This document shows positions 25,107 through 34,566 of a stretch of DNA of 64,000 nt, in pieces. Positions within the stretch are counted from its first letter, which is position 1. Every line of letters begins with the position of its first letter. Position numbers and translations under genes: made by a program. The notes below the pieces were generated by a model that saw only the letters and a list, made by a program, of their open reading frames with translations, made no database searches and was not told the origin of the DNA. This stretch comes from an uncultured Lewinella sp. (GTDB taxonomy: Bacteria > Bacteroidota > Bacteroidia > Chitinophagales > Saprospiraceae), in assembly GCA_964558465.1 (NCBI GenBank), contig CAZLEF010000020.1, positions 19,723-83,722 of the forward strand. Direction: 5' to 3'.

Positions 25107-26561
25107 CTACAAATACTCATCAATCAACTCAATTAGTGCCATTGTAATCCTTGTTCTTTCTCTACTTGCATCATCATAAGATATTGTATTTGAATTCTCT
25201 TTTGTTCTTAATTCAGAAAATTGTGAATTATAAAGGATTGCCTTATTACGAGCTTCGTTATCCTCTACATCTTTAAAGGATGAAAGCAAGAGTGTCAAAG
25301 ATTTACCTATCTTTCCCTTTGAAATTAAATCTTGAATTTCTTTTTTTGAATGATTTGAGCTTAATGAATTGATATCAGATAATGGTTTGTCATGTACTGT
25401 ATCAATTGAAACATTATTTGAATTAACTACAATTGTGCTATTGCTAATATTTTCAAATTTATTGCCCATAACTGTTTCATTGATTTCAAAGTGAAAAAAA
25501 TCTTTGTATTTAAGTAGAGTTTCTTTTGAAATTTTACCATTCGCAATTTCATGAATTGGAAAATCAATTTTATCAAAATGAGTTATGTGCTCATCAAAAT
25601 CGCCCTCAATGACAAGTTCGCTTGAGCGAGAATATCTAAGAGCATAATCTTCTAACCAATTTACTGCCCTTTTCAATCCGTTATCCTTCCGATCTGGGTT
25701 AAAATAGCAAAAACTCATATTTTGATCTAAAATATTATTTCCTCGATAATACAAAATTACAATGCTTGAATACAAATCTTGATTATTTGAAGGTTTAATG
25801 AATTCTAGATTTTCAATATAAATACAATAGCGAGGGATTTCTTTATTAGATTTAATCAAGGAAAGTTCATTGGGAATAATTTTCAATCTGCCAATTAAGT
25901 TAACAATAAACCCTCCATTTTCTTTTATTTTTGAAATACAATCACGATATAAAGACATTTCAACAATTAGTGGTATTCCCTCATGACTTACACCTGTTGA
26001 AGATGCTCCTAAAATATAACATTCTCTACCATAAATAAATTTATTTGCCAATCTTAATGAACCAATACCTCCTTTTATCATATTCTCTTTGCCCTCTGGT
26101 GTATATTCTATTAACTGTTTTTGGGTATATCCTTCCTCACCAAGAGAATTTAAAATACTTTGAAACTCTTCAGAAGAATTTCGAAGGTTGTAACTTATCT
26201 GAGCATGAATTTTTTTTTCAAAAGCATCTTTATTGTAGAATAATGCTAGCCTTTGTGCATATCGTCTGCTATATATAGATTCATAGGTATAAAATAAGCC
26301 AGGAGATGTTGGTATCCATTCAGTCAAATGAAATTTTTCAAGCCTTATTATTTGCTCATTGTGACATTCATTCTCCAAGATAGATTTCCAAAAATCAAAA
26401 TTACTATTGAATATCTTGTCTGGGTTGTTTCTATTTTGAGTTTTGTTTTCAATATGAGAATACATATAAACATTTAGTTGATTTTTAATAAAATCAACTA
26501 AGTCACTTCTTACTATGTAAGCTTGATGACCTTTATCTATTAGAATATCATCTGCATTCAT
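25107..26561 (-). CDS. Large hypothetical protein with C-terminal helical adaptor-like module shared with the TIR protein
   Basis: ORF 25107..26690. The first 43 codons are encoded by element U, so the start MNADDILIDKG at 26561 is more likely. The C-terminus AILYNSQFSELRTKENSNTISYDDASRERTRITMALIELIDEY aligns with LILISGRHKDLKKQINAGIISEGGISIEKNRIRHSLLQLIEAI of the TIR protein. Confidence 0.55.
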   Translation of the reverse strand: MNADDILIDKGHQAYIVRSDLVDFIKNQLNVYMYSHIENKTQNRNNPDKIFNSNFDFWKSILENECHNEQIIRLEKFHLTEWIPTSPGLFYTYESIYSRRYAQRLALFYNKDAFEKKIHAQISYNLRNSSEEFQSILNSLGEEGYTQKQLIEYTPEGKENMIKGGIGSLRLANKFIYGRECYILGASSTGVSHEGIPLIVEMSLYRDCISKIKENGGFIVNLIGRLKIIPNELSLIKSNKEIPRYCIYIENLEFIKPSNNQDLYSSIVILYYRGNNILDQNMSFCYFNPDRKDNGLKRAVNWLEDYALRYSRSSELVIEGDFDEHITHFDKIDFPIHEIANGKISKETLLKYKDFFHFEINETVMGNKFENISNSTIVVNSNNVSIDTVHDKPLSDINSLSSNHSKKEIQDLISKGKIGKSLTLLLSSFKDVEDNEARNKAILYNSQFSELRTKENSNTISYDDASRERTRITMALIELIDEYL

Positions 26562-26589
26562 CTTTTTTATATTTTTCGTTTCGTAGAAC

Positions 26590-27100
26590 TTATAGCCGTG
26601 CATACGCCGCCCCCAACAACACTCCGCCTTACCCGAAGCAGTTAAGCGGGTGGCGGATGAACGAACCCCGCTACAAGGGGGCCGATGCAATTATGGGCAT
26701 CGCATCCAACTCCTTGATCTAAAGGCATAAAAACTAAGGTGCAAAATACACTTGTTGCGGCTGAAAAGCAAGCTTTTGGACTCAAACGTATGAGAAAGAA
26801 CGTCATCAATCAATGATTTATCCATGAATGGGTTGCGTCAGGCAAAAACATCTCCTGCCGGGCATATTCCCCGGAATTAAAAATACAACATGATAAGGCT
26901 TGAGGCAATGGATGAGCATGCGGCGGGGCCCGTTGCCTTGGTTCAACGGGGTTTTAACCAGAAATAGAAAGGCGAATCCGGATAACTGGCTGGAGCGTCC
27001 AGACGCCACCCCGGCGGCCCCGGCTTCATCACACCCACAAATAAAATTACCATTGTTGCCCAAAACCGGACATACCCTGTCCAATATCGGACAGAAGACG
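26590..27100 (-). other. GC-rich ORF-less element U, copy 2, at the array/core junction
   Basis: In gene orientation it ends ...GCACGGCTATAA directly before GTTCTAC, the 5' edge of cassette 25107..26561. The outer boundary toward 27.1 kb is fuzzy. Confidence 0.45.
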
Positions 27101-27204
27101 GTATCCGGAATTTAATTAAGTTATTGATAATTAATATATTACAACAAAGGCATGTTTTTTGATCGCTTCTTTCAAAAGACCGTTAACCAAATCCTCTTTC
27201 AACC

Positions 27205-29592
27205 ATGTGGCGTACCGCTTTCAAAACTTCCTGGCGCAACCTGTTTCGCAACAAGGTCTATTCGCTGATCAATATTTCGGGGCTGGCCATCGGTATGACT
27301 TGCTGCGTATTGATCCTGTTGTTTGTGTACAACGAACTGAGTTTTGACCGGCATTTTGAACAGGCAGACCGGATCTTCCGGGTGGCCGAGGTTTTCCGGG
27401 AGAACGGCGCTATCGTAGAGGAATCCGCGTCCATTCCCTTCCCGGTGGGGCCAACCATCAGCCAGGCGTTTCCCGGGGTCAGGACCGCGCGGTTTTATAA
27501 AACCTTTGAAAAAATCCCGTTATTGGCCTACGGTGAAAAACGCTTTTACGAAGACCGGCTGTTGTTTGCCGATTCCACCGTTTTTGAAATATTCAGTTTT
27601 CCGATGTTGCGGGGCGACCGGCAAAAGGCACTGGCGAGCCCCTTTTCCATTGTGCTCACCGAATCGATGGCCAGGAAGTATTTCGATGCGGAAGACCCGG
27701 TGGGCAAGACCCTCCGGTTTGAAAACCAACTGGACTTTACGGTGACCGGCGTGATGGCCGACCTGCACACGAATACCCACCTGCGGTTTGATTTCCTGGC
27801 TTCCCTGTTGAATATCGGCGATCTGTTCCGGGCCAGCGGCACTACCTTCGGATGGCGCGGTTGGTACTGGAACCCCTGCCATACCTTTATGACGCTGCCG
27901 CCGGAATACACGGAGGCGGAATTTGAAGCCCTGCTTCCCGAATTTACGCAAACCCATGCCCCTGAAAATATGCGGGAAAACCTGTCGTTTTACCTCCAAC
28001 CCCTGCCGGATATCCACCTGAAGTCGAATCTGTACCAGGAAATGAGCCCGCCGGGCAACGCGCGCACGGTGTACCTGTTCCTGGCCATTGCCGCTTTTGT
28101 GCTGCTGATCGCCTGCATCAATTTTATGAACCTGGCCACCGCGCGCTCCGTGACGCGCGCCCGGGAGATCGCTGTGCGCAAGGTGAACGGGGCGTTGCGC
28201 GGACAACTGATCCGGCAGTTTATCGGTGAATCGGTGGCGATCAGCCTGATCGCTGCGGTGGCGGCATTTTTGCTGGTCCACCTGCTGGCCCCGGTTTTCA
28301 CCCGGATCTCAGGAACCCAACTGGATCTGCACCTGATCGGTTACGCCCGGATACTGGGCGGCATGGCGGTACTGGCCCTGTTCACCGGGCTGGTAGCGGG
28401 CAGTTATCCCGCCTTTTTCCTGTCGGCGTACAAACCCGTGGAAGGCCTCAACCTGCAGGGCGGCGCACGACCGGGGTCGCTATCGGTTTTTTTCCGGAAG
28501 GGACTGGTGGTGTTCCAGTTCGGCATTTCCATTGCCCTGCTGGCAAGCACGGCCGTCATATACCAGCAGCATCATTTTCTGCTGGACAAGGAACTTGGTT
28601 TTGACAAGGAGCAAATGGTGATGATCCCCATTCGCGGCACATCGGTGAAACAGCGGGTTGAGTCGTTCAAGGAGCGGCTCAGGCAGGAACCGGGGGTGAT
28701 AAACGCGTCGGCCATTTCCAATATCCTGGGCCGGGACGTGCAGGTTTGCCCGTTCACGGTAGAGGGAAAAACCGAAACCCAGCAGTTGCCCGGGCTGTTT
28801 GTGGACCATGATTTTCTGTCCACGTTCCAGGTGAAAATCCTGGAAGGCCGGGGATTCGACCGGAATTTTCCCACCGATTCGTCGGCTTTTCTGATCAATG
28901 AAGCGGCCCAAAAAATGTTCGGCTGGGACGAGGCCCTGGGAAAACGCATCGATTTCGGCCGCGACGGTCATGTGGTGGGCAAGGTCGACAATTTCCATTT
29001 TTGTTCGTTGCAGGAGCGCGTCCGGCCACTGGCCATCACCATCCGGCCGGGCTGGTTTTCCTATGTGGCGGCGCGTTTGTCGGGCGGCGACATCGACCAT
29101 ACCCTGAGCCGGATGAAAACCGCCTGGGCGGAATTTGAACCCGAACGCCCCTTCGAGCCTTTTTTCCTCGACGACAACCTCAACCGGCTTTACGAGCGGG
29201 AAGGCCGCCTGAGCCGGATCTTCAGCGCTTTTTCCCTGCTTGCTGTTTTTATCGGTTGCCTGGGTTTGTTCGGTCTCGCCGCGTTTGCAGCCGAACAGCG
29301 CACCCGCGAGATCGGCATCCGGCGGGTGCTGGGCGCCTCGGTAGGCGGCATTATCGGGATGCTTTCCAGAGACTTTCTGAAGCTGGTATTTCTGGCCATC
29401 GGGATCGCATCGCCGGTGGCGTGGTACCTGCTGGAGCAATGGCTGCAAAACTTCCCCTACCGCGTCGGGATCGGATGGCCGGTATTTGTCATGGCAGGCC
29501 TTGCGGCGGTTTTGCTGGCGGGTTTGACGGTGAGTTTTCAGAGTTTGCGCGTCGCTTATGCAAACCCGGTCGAAAGCTTGAGGTCTGAATAA
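27205..29592 (+). CDS. ABC transporter permease, MacB/FtsX-like (two FtsX domains)
   Basis: 795 aa. The N-terminus is WRNLFRNKVYSLINISGLAIGMTCCVLI, followed by a MacB-type periplasmic domain and a C-terminal REIGIRRVLGAS motif. Confidence 0.85.
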   Translation: MWRTAFKTSWRNLFRNKVYSLINISGLAIGMTCCVLILLFVYNELSFDRHFEQADRIFRVAEVFRENGAIVEESASIPFPVGPTISQAFPGVRTARFYKTFEKIPLLAYGEKRFYEDRLLFADSTVFEIFSFPMLRGDRQKALASPFSIVLTESMARKYFDAEDPVGKTLRFENQLDFTVTGVMADLHTNTHLRFDFLASLLNIGDLFRASGTTFGWRGWYWNPCHTFMTLPPEYTEAEFEALLPEFTQTHAPENMRENLSFYLQPLPDIHLKSNLYQEMSPPGNARTVYLFLAIAAFVLLIACINFMNLATARSVTRAREIAVRKVNGALRGQLIRQFIGESVAISLIAAVAAFLLVHLLAPVFTRISGTQLDLHLIGYARILGGMAVLALFTGLVAGSYPAFFLSAYKPVEGLNLQGGARPGSLSVFFRKGLVVFQFGISIALLASTAVIYQQHHFLLDKELGFDKEQMVMIPIRGTSVKQRVESFKERLRQEPGVINASAISNILGRDVQVCPFTVEGKTETQQLPGLFVDHDFLSTFQVKILEGRGFDRNFPTDSSAFLINEAAQKMFGWDEALGKRIDFGRDGHVVGKVDNFHFCSLQERVRPLAITIRPGWFSYVAARLSGGDIDHTLSRMKTAWAEFEPERPFEPFFLDDNLNRLYEREGRLSRIFSAFSLLAVFIGCLGLFGLAAFAAEQRTREIGIRRVLGASVGGIIGMLSRDFLKLVFLAIGIASPVAWYLLEQWLQNFPYRVGIGWPVFVMAGLAAVLLAGLTVSFQSLRVAYANPVESLRSE

Positions 29593-29697
29593 GCCCCCAT
29601 GATCAGGCGCTTCGGCAAACTGTTTGAGCTTTGGAGGAACAAACGAAAGATGCTGATCCTGTAAGGTATTCACTCATCTGTTAAAATCAGGCCTTTC

Positions 29698-31395
29698 ATG
29701 AAATTCATCTGCTTTTTTCCGGGATTATTATTTGCCGTTTACACCTTTGCCCAACCCGGGTTATCTGCCGGACAATGGATGGAAGACCTGACCGAACTGG
29801 CCGGCCTCCTGGAGAGGGAGCATCCCGATCCCTATGCCCATATTTCCAAACCGGAATTTGACAGTTTAAAAAAGGAAGTGGAAAAAATGATCCGGCTGAA
29901 TGCAGGTAAAAAACCCGGCGAGATCAGCATCGTGACCGGCATGATGAAACTGGTCTCTTCCCTTCGCGACGGCCATACCGCGCTTTTCCCCAATGATCCC
30001 AATGGATTCAATCATTGGTTCCCTGTTGGTTTTTACCGGTTCAACGACGGAATTTACGTTACATCGGCCCATAATGATTATGCGGGTCTGATCGGAAAGA
30101 AAGTCCTCCGGTTTGGAGAAACCCCCGCCGGCCGCGCATTTGAGCTGACGGCGGATCTGTTGAGTTCGGACAATGCGTTCGGCAGGTTTTGGAACACCTT
30201 TTACCTCAGCAGCGGGGAGGCTTTGCAGGCTGTGAATATCCTCGGCGACCCTGCCGAATTGAAACTGACCGTCGCCGTCCCGGACGGAAAACCGGAAGAA
30301 ACAACCGTCCGGGCGGTGGAAACCAATTTTTCCCTTGAACACCGGTTTTGGGGCGAAATGTACGGCCCGGGCAAAACGCCGGACGATCAGTACCGGATGT
30401 CGGGAAACAGGGATATCGCCCGTTACAGGCAGGGGCCGGAAGCTAACCCCGATCTGCCGCTTCACCTGCGGTCGAGGCGGGCTTACTGGCATGCCTACCT
30501 GCCCGAATACAAGACGATGTACCTTCATATGACCCATGTCACGGAGGCCGGACGGGGGAATTTCCCTTCTTTCGAAGCCTTTTACAACCAGGTGTTTGAA
30601 GAAGTGGAAAACAAGGACGTAGAAAAATTCATTCTGGATATCCGCTACAATTCGGGCGGCGACGGGTCGGTGCTGATCCCGTTTGTCCATAAATTCATTT
30701 GTGCCGGTAAAATCAACCAGCCAGGCAAACTTTTCACCATCACCGGCCGTAAAGTGTACAGCGCGGGCATTATGTTGTACGACCTGATGCTGAAACATAC
30801 CCATACCCTTTTGGCAGGGGAGCCGGCAGGCGGCGGCCGGAATCATTATGGCGACGCGGGTTCTTTCTATTTAAAAAACAGCGGCTTGCAACTGGATATT
30901 TCCTCCACCTACTGGCAACTGACCTCCTCTAAAGACACCGCTTCCTATGATCCGGTGGATATTCCGGGCGAATTGTCCGGCAGCAACTACTTTACAGGCA
31001 ATGACCCGGTGCTGGATTATATCCTTTCCCTTGAAGGGCCCTACCGGTCCATCCCCGAAATTTTGCGGCATCAGGACGGCCAGGCAGCCAAAGCCGAATT
31101 CAGCAAAAGAAAAGCGGATTTTGGCAAATACCCCTGGTGGAACGCTTTTGAAGAAAACGAAATGCGTTATGCTGCAAGGGAACATTTTGGAGCGGGCCGA
31201 CCCGGGGACGGAGCTATCGGTTTCGAAATCCTGCTGGAAGTTTATCCGGGCTCGTGGAGAGCCTGGCGCGACCTGGGCGACGGCCACCTGAAAACCGGAG
31301 ATGCTTCGCGGGCCCTGGAATGTTACAAAAAGGGACTGGAACTGAACCCGGGGTATGAAGAATTCCGGGAGAAAATCAGGGTGCTCGGAGGGTAA
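29698..31395 (+). CDS. S41-like peptidase family protein with C-terminal TPR
   Basis: 565 aa with a signal peptide, LDIRYNSGGDGS (DxRxNxGG-like) and C-terminal TPR-like helices. Confidence 0.55.
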   Translation: MKFICFFPGLLFAVYTFAQPGLSAGQWMEDLTELAGLLEREHPDPYAHISKPEFDSLKKEVEKMIRLNAGKKPGEISIVTGMMKLVSSLRDGHTALFPNDPNGFNHWFPVGFYRFNDGIYVTSAHNDYAGLIGKKVLRFGETPAGRAFELTADLLSSDNAFGRFWNTFYLSSGEALQAVNILGDPAELKLTVAVPDGKPEETTVRAVETNFSLEHRFWGEMYGPGKTPDDQYRMSGNRDIARYRQGPEANPDLPLHLRSRRAYWHAYLPEYKTMYLHMTHVTEAGRGNFPSFEAFYNQVFEEVENKDVEKFILDIRYNSGGDGSVLIPFVHKFICAGKINQPGKLFTITGRKVYSAGIMLYDLMLKHTHTLLAGEPAGGGRNHYGDAGSFYLKNSGLQLDISSTYWQLTSSKDTASYDPVDIPGELSGSNYFTGNDPVLDYILSLEGPYRSIPEILRHQDGQAAKAEFSKRKADFGKYPWWNAFEENEMRYAAREHFGAGRPGDGAIGFEILLEVYPGSWRAWRDLGDGHLKTGDASRALECYKKGLELNPGYEEFREKIRVLGG

Positions 31396-31413
31396 AAGCT
31401 GTTGCGGATCTAT

Positions 31414-31569
31414 TCAATCCACAAACAGATCATCCACGGCTGTAGTCACCAGAAAAGTTTTGCCTACCCGTCGCCGACCAAGAACAGCCACCATTTCCGC
31501 TTCTTTTGAGTCCAGCGCTTCGTGTAAAACAGCCAGCTCCTTTTTTCGCCCAATAATCTCTGACTCCAT
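31414..31569 (-). pseudogene. ATP-binding protein (AAA, DUF234-type) N-terminal fragment
   Basis: MESEIIGRKKELAVLHEALDSKEAEMVAVLGRRRVGKTFLVTTAVDDLFVD* has only 51 codons including Walker A. The rest of the gene is absent. Confidence 0.5.
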
Positions 31570-31720
31570 ATAAATGGGTTTATTTATCGCCATAAGTGGG
31601 TAAAGAACTGAACTCCGATATGTACCTGGATGCCCATAATCTTTCAGACGGGTCCGAAACCATTTCCAACCTTCAAAAACTTTCCCTATCTTACGCAGCC
31701 AAAGACCATACCTGTCCGTC

Positions 31721-33232
31721 ATGAAATCCAAACACCCCCTCAACCGCCGCGAATTCATCAACCTGGCCGCCACAGCCGCCGCGGTCACCATCGTGCCCAG
31801 GCATGTGCTCGGCGGGCCCGGTTTCATTCCGCCCTCCGATAAAATTACCATCGCCAATATCGGCTGCGGCACCCAGGGCCTGCGCGAAATGGGCAGCCTG
31901 CTGGAAAACCCGCAGATCCAGGTGGTTTCCGTCTGCGATCCCAACCGGTTTTCGATGGATTACCTCGACTGGTCGGCCAACGGCATCCTCAACGGCATGC
32001 GGGAGGTGCTGGGCGATAAAACCTGGGGAGGCGATATCAAAGGTATCCCCGGCGGCCGGGAAATGGGCCAGGCTTACGTGGAGAAATATTACGGGGGGCG
32101 CCAACCCTCCGGCCAGTACAAAGGCTGTTCGGCCTACGAAGACTTCCGGGAATTGCTGGAAAAAGAACAGGACCTCGACGCGATCAAGATCATGACCCCC
32201 GACCACCTCCACGCGCCGATCGCGATCGCAGCCATGAAAAAGGGCAAACATATCATTACCCATAAACCAATTGCCAACCGGATCAGGGAGGGCAAAATAA
32301 CCATCGAAACGGCCCGCCAGACCGGGGTGGTCACCCACCTGCTGGCCTGGAGCCGCCGGCCCGAATACGACCTGATCAAACAATGGCTCGACGACGGAGT
32401 GATCGGAACCCTGAAGGAGATCCACAACTGGTCGTACCGCCCGGTATGGCCGCAATGGACCGCCGCACCCGCCGATACGCCGCCCGTGCCGGAAGGTTTT
32501 AACTGGGACCTCTGGCTGGGGTCCGTACCCGACCGGCCTTACCACCCCAACTACACGCACAACGTCTTCCGCGGATGGTACGACTTCGGCGGCGGCAGCA
32601 TCGCCGATATGGGGCATTACAGCCTGTTCCCGCTGTTCATTACCCTGGGCATCGACAAAGCGCCGGTCAGCGCAAAGGCGTTCGGCACGATCACGCGCAC
32701 CGCCATCGACGGGGTTTGCCGGGCAGTGGTCAACAAAGTCGCTTTCCCCTACTCCTGTACGATCCAGCTCAAATTTCCGGCGCAATCGACACTCCCTGCA
32801 TTTGATCTTTACTGGTACGACGGCGGCATCAAACCGTTTGCTCCTCCTGAACTGGAAGAGGACGGGCGCGATACGCCGGAAGAGGGGCTGATGTTGGTCG
32901 GCACGGAAGGCAAGATCCTGGGCGGGTTCCGGGGCGAAAAACCGGAGATCATTCCGGCCCGGCGGATGAAAGCTTATACCGGGCAAAAAGAACTGGCCGA
33001 AAAAGAACCCGAACGCGGGCGGGATGTCTGGGTCAGGTCCATCCTGGATAAAAAGGAAGCCCCCGGCAGTTTCCTTAAAGCGGGCGCACTGACGGAAGCC
33101 ATCAACCTGGCTGCCGTGGCATTGCGCGCAGGCAAGCGTGTGGAGTATGATTCCGCCAACACGCGGATCACCAATGACGAGGAAGCCAATCAATACCTTA
33201 CGCGGGAATACCGGGCAGGGTGGGAGATTTGA
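31721..33232 (+). CDS. Gfo/Idh/MocA family oxidoreductase with TAT signal
   Basis: 503 aa with NRREFINLAATAAAVTIVPRHV, Rossmann motif NIGCGTQG, and a conserved C-terminal domain. Confidence 0.85.
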   Translation: MKSKHPLNRREFINLAATAAAVTIVPRHVLGGPGFIPPSDKITIANIGCGTQGLREMGSLLENPQIQVVSVCDPNRFSMDYLDWSANGILNGMREVLGDKTWGGDIKGIPGGREMGQAYVEKYYGGRQPSGQYKGCSAYEDFRELLEKEQDLDAIKIMTPDHLHAPIAIAAMKKGKHIITHKPIANRIREGKITIETARQTGVVTHLLAWSRRPEYDLIKQWLDDGVIGTLKEIHNWSYRPVWPQWTAAPADTPPVPEGFNWDLWLGSVPDRPYHPNYTHNVFRGWYDFGGGSIADMGHYSLFPLFITLGIDKAPVSAKAFGTITRTAIDGVCRAVVNKVAFPYSCTIQLKFPAQSTLPAFDLYWYDGGIKPFAPPELEEDGRDTPEEGLMLVGTEGKILGGFRGEKPEIIPARRMKAYTGQKELAEKEPERGRDVWVRSILDKKEAPGSFLKAGALTEAINLAAVALRAGKRVEYDSANTRITNDEEANQYLTREYRAGWEI

Positions 33233-33385
33233 TAGTGGTGGACGGCAGATGGCCTACGGTGGACGGTGGACGGCCTATGGTAGACGGCCTATGGTAGATT
33301 TATCCGCCTGGCGCGAGGTACGAGCATTGGGCGGACGGTAGACGGTCTATGGCAGACGGTCTGCGGTAGGGGGTGGACGGGTGAT
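33230..33385. repeat. Degenerate tandem repeats of GGACGGT/GGCCTATGGTAGAC words
   Basis: The sequence reads GTGGACGGCAGATGGCCTACGGTGGACGGTGGACGGCCTATGGTAGACGGCCTATGGTAGA...GGACGGTAGACGGTCTATGGCAGACGGTCTGCGGTAGGGGGTGGACGG. Confidence 0.75.
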
Positions 33386-33499
33386 GAAACTGTCTTGCAA
33401 AGTTGGCGCCATCGGTAACCCCTTAACGGAATCCTTCAGAGGGTAACAATACCTTCCGTTTTACCACATAGATGGATATGCGAATCAAGGGTTCAATAT

Positions 33500-33590
33500 A
33501 GTTCCAACCCCAAACCACCCCAAACGCGAAGCACCAAACAACCCAAACAACCCCAAACCACCCCAAACCTTCAAATTCAACCTCTATCCA
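33500..33590. repeat. Degenerate CCCCAAAC-type tandem repeats upstream of 33610
   Basis: The sequence reads CCAACCCCAAACCACCCCAAACGCGAAGCACCAAACAACCCAAACAACCCCAAACCACCCCAAACC. Confidence 0.7.
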
Positions 33591-33609
33591 CCATCAAATA
33601 ATTTTCAAA

Positions 33610-34566
33610 ATGAGCAATAAAAAAATACACCGCAGGGAGTTTATCCGGAAAACGGCGCTGGCGACGGCGGCATTAGGGGTATCCGGGCTCGCGGCCCGCG
33701 CTGCCGGCACGTTCAAGGACCCCCTGTTCAAGATCTCGCTGGCCGAATGGTCCATCAACAAACCGTTGTTTGCCGGCCAGATCGACCACCTCGATTTTCC
33801 GGTCCTGGCCAAAAAACACGGCATCGATGCGATCGAGTACGTCAACCAGTTTTTTATGGACAAGGCGCAGGATCAGGCCTACCTCAGGGAAATGAAAACC
33901 CGGGCCGACGGCGAGGGGGTGCGTTCCGTTCTGATCATGTGCGACCGCGAAGGCCTCCTGGGCGACGCGGACCCCGCCAAACGCAGCCAAACGGTGGACA
34001 ACCACAAAAAATGGGTGGACGCTGCCAAATTCCTGGGCTGCCATTCCATCCGGGTCAATGCGTTCTCCTCCGTTCCCTGGAGCGATACGGAGGCTGCATT
34101 CGGGGAGTCCCAAAAACTGGTGGCCGAGGGATTGCACCTGTTGTGCGACTATGGCAAAAGCGCCGATATCCATGTGATCATCGAGAACCACGGCGGATTC
34201 ACCAGCAACGGCAAATGGCTGGCCGGCCTCATGAAGATGGTGGACCATCCTTACGCGGGCACCCTTCCCGATTTTGGCAATTTCCGGATCAGCGGTGGAG
34301 AAAACGCCCCCACCGTGTCTTACGACGCCTACCGGGGTGTACAGGAACTGATGCCTTATGCCAAGGGTGTCAGCGTTAAAACGACGGTTTGGGACGACGC
34401 CGGCAACCGCCATCCGCTGGACTACAACCGGATGCTAAAAATTGTCGTCGACGCCGGTTACCACGGCTACTGCGGCATCGAACACGGCGAAACCGGCCGG
34501 GAATGGGAGAGCATTTTGGAGGTAAGGGATGCCTTGTTGAAGGCTCGGGAAGCGTTAGCGGGGTAG
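33610..34566 (+). CDS. Sugar phosphate isomerase/epimerase (xylose isomerase-like TIM barrel), TAT signal
   Basis: 318 aa with HRREFIRKTALATAALGVSGLAARA and IIENHGGF, typical of the family. Confidence 0.85.
   Translation: MSNKKIHRREFIRKTALATAALGVSGLAARAAGTFKDPLFKISLAEWSINKPLFAGQIDHLDFPVLAKKHGIDAIEYVNQFFMDKAQDQAYLREMKTRADGEGVRSVLIMCDREGLLGDADPAKRSQTVDNHKKWVDAAKFLGCHSIRVNAFSSVPWSDTEAAFGESQKLVAEGLHLLCDYGKSADIHVIIENHGGFTSNGKWLAGLMKMVDHPYAGTLPDFGNFRISGGENAPTVSYDAYRGVQELMPYAKGVSVKTTVWDDAGNRHPLDYNRMLKIVVDAGYHGYCGIEHGETGREWESILEVRDALLKAREALAG

Larger units (their letters stand above)
11850..27110 (-). mobile_element. Integron-like gene-cassette array without integrase (CALIN-like), AT-rich
   Basis: All supported ORFs are on the minus strand. 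GC-rich attC-like palindromes follow the ORFs. There is R'/R'' complementarity across six to seven consecutive units (see findings). The array is bounded by tRNA-Ser and a GC-rich core gene. Confidence 0.65.

Noticed and set aside
11755-27110. Classical tRNA-integrated genomic island or prophage
   Set aside because: There is no integrase, no phage or conjugation genes, and I could not find a direct repeat of the tRNA-Ser 3' end at the far boundary. The internal structure is explained better by attC-type cassettes.
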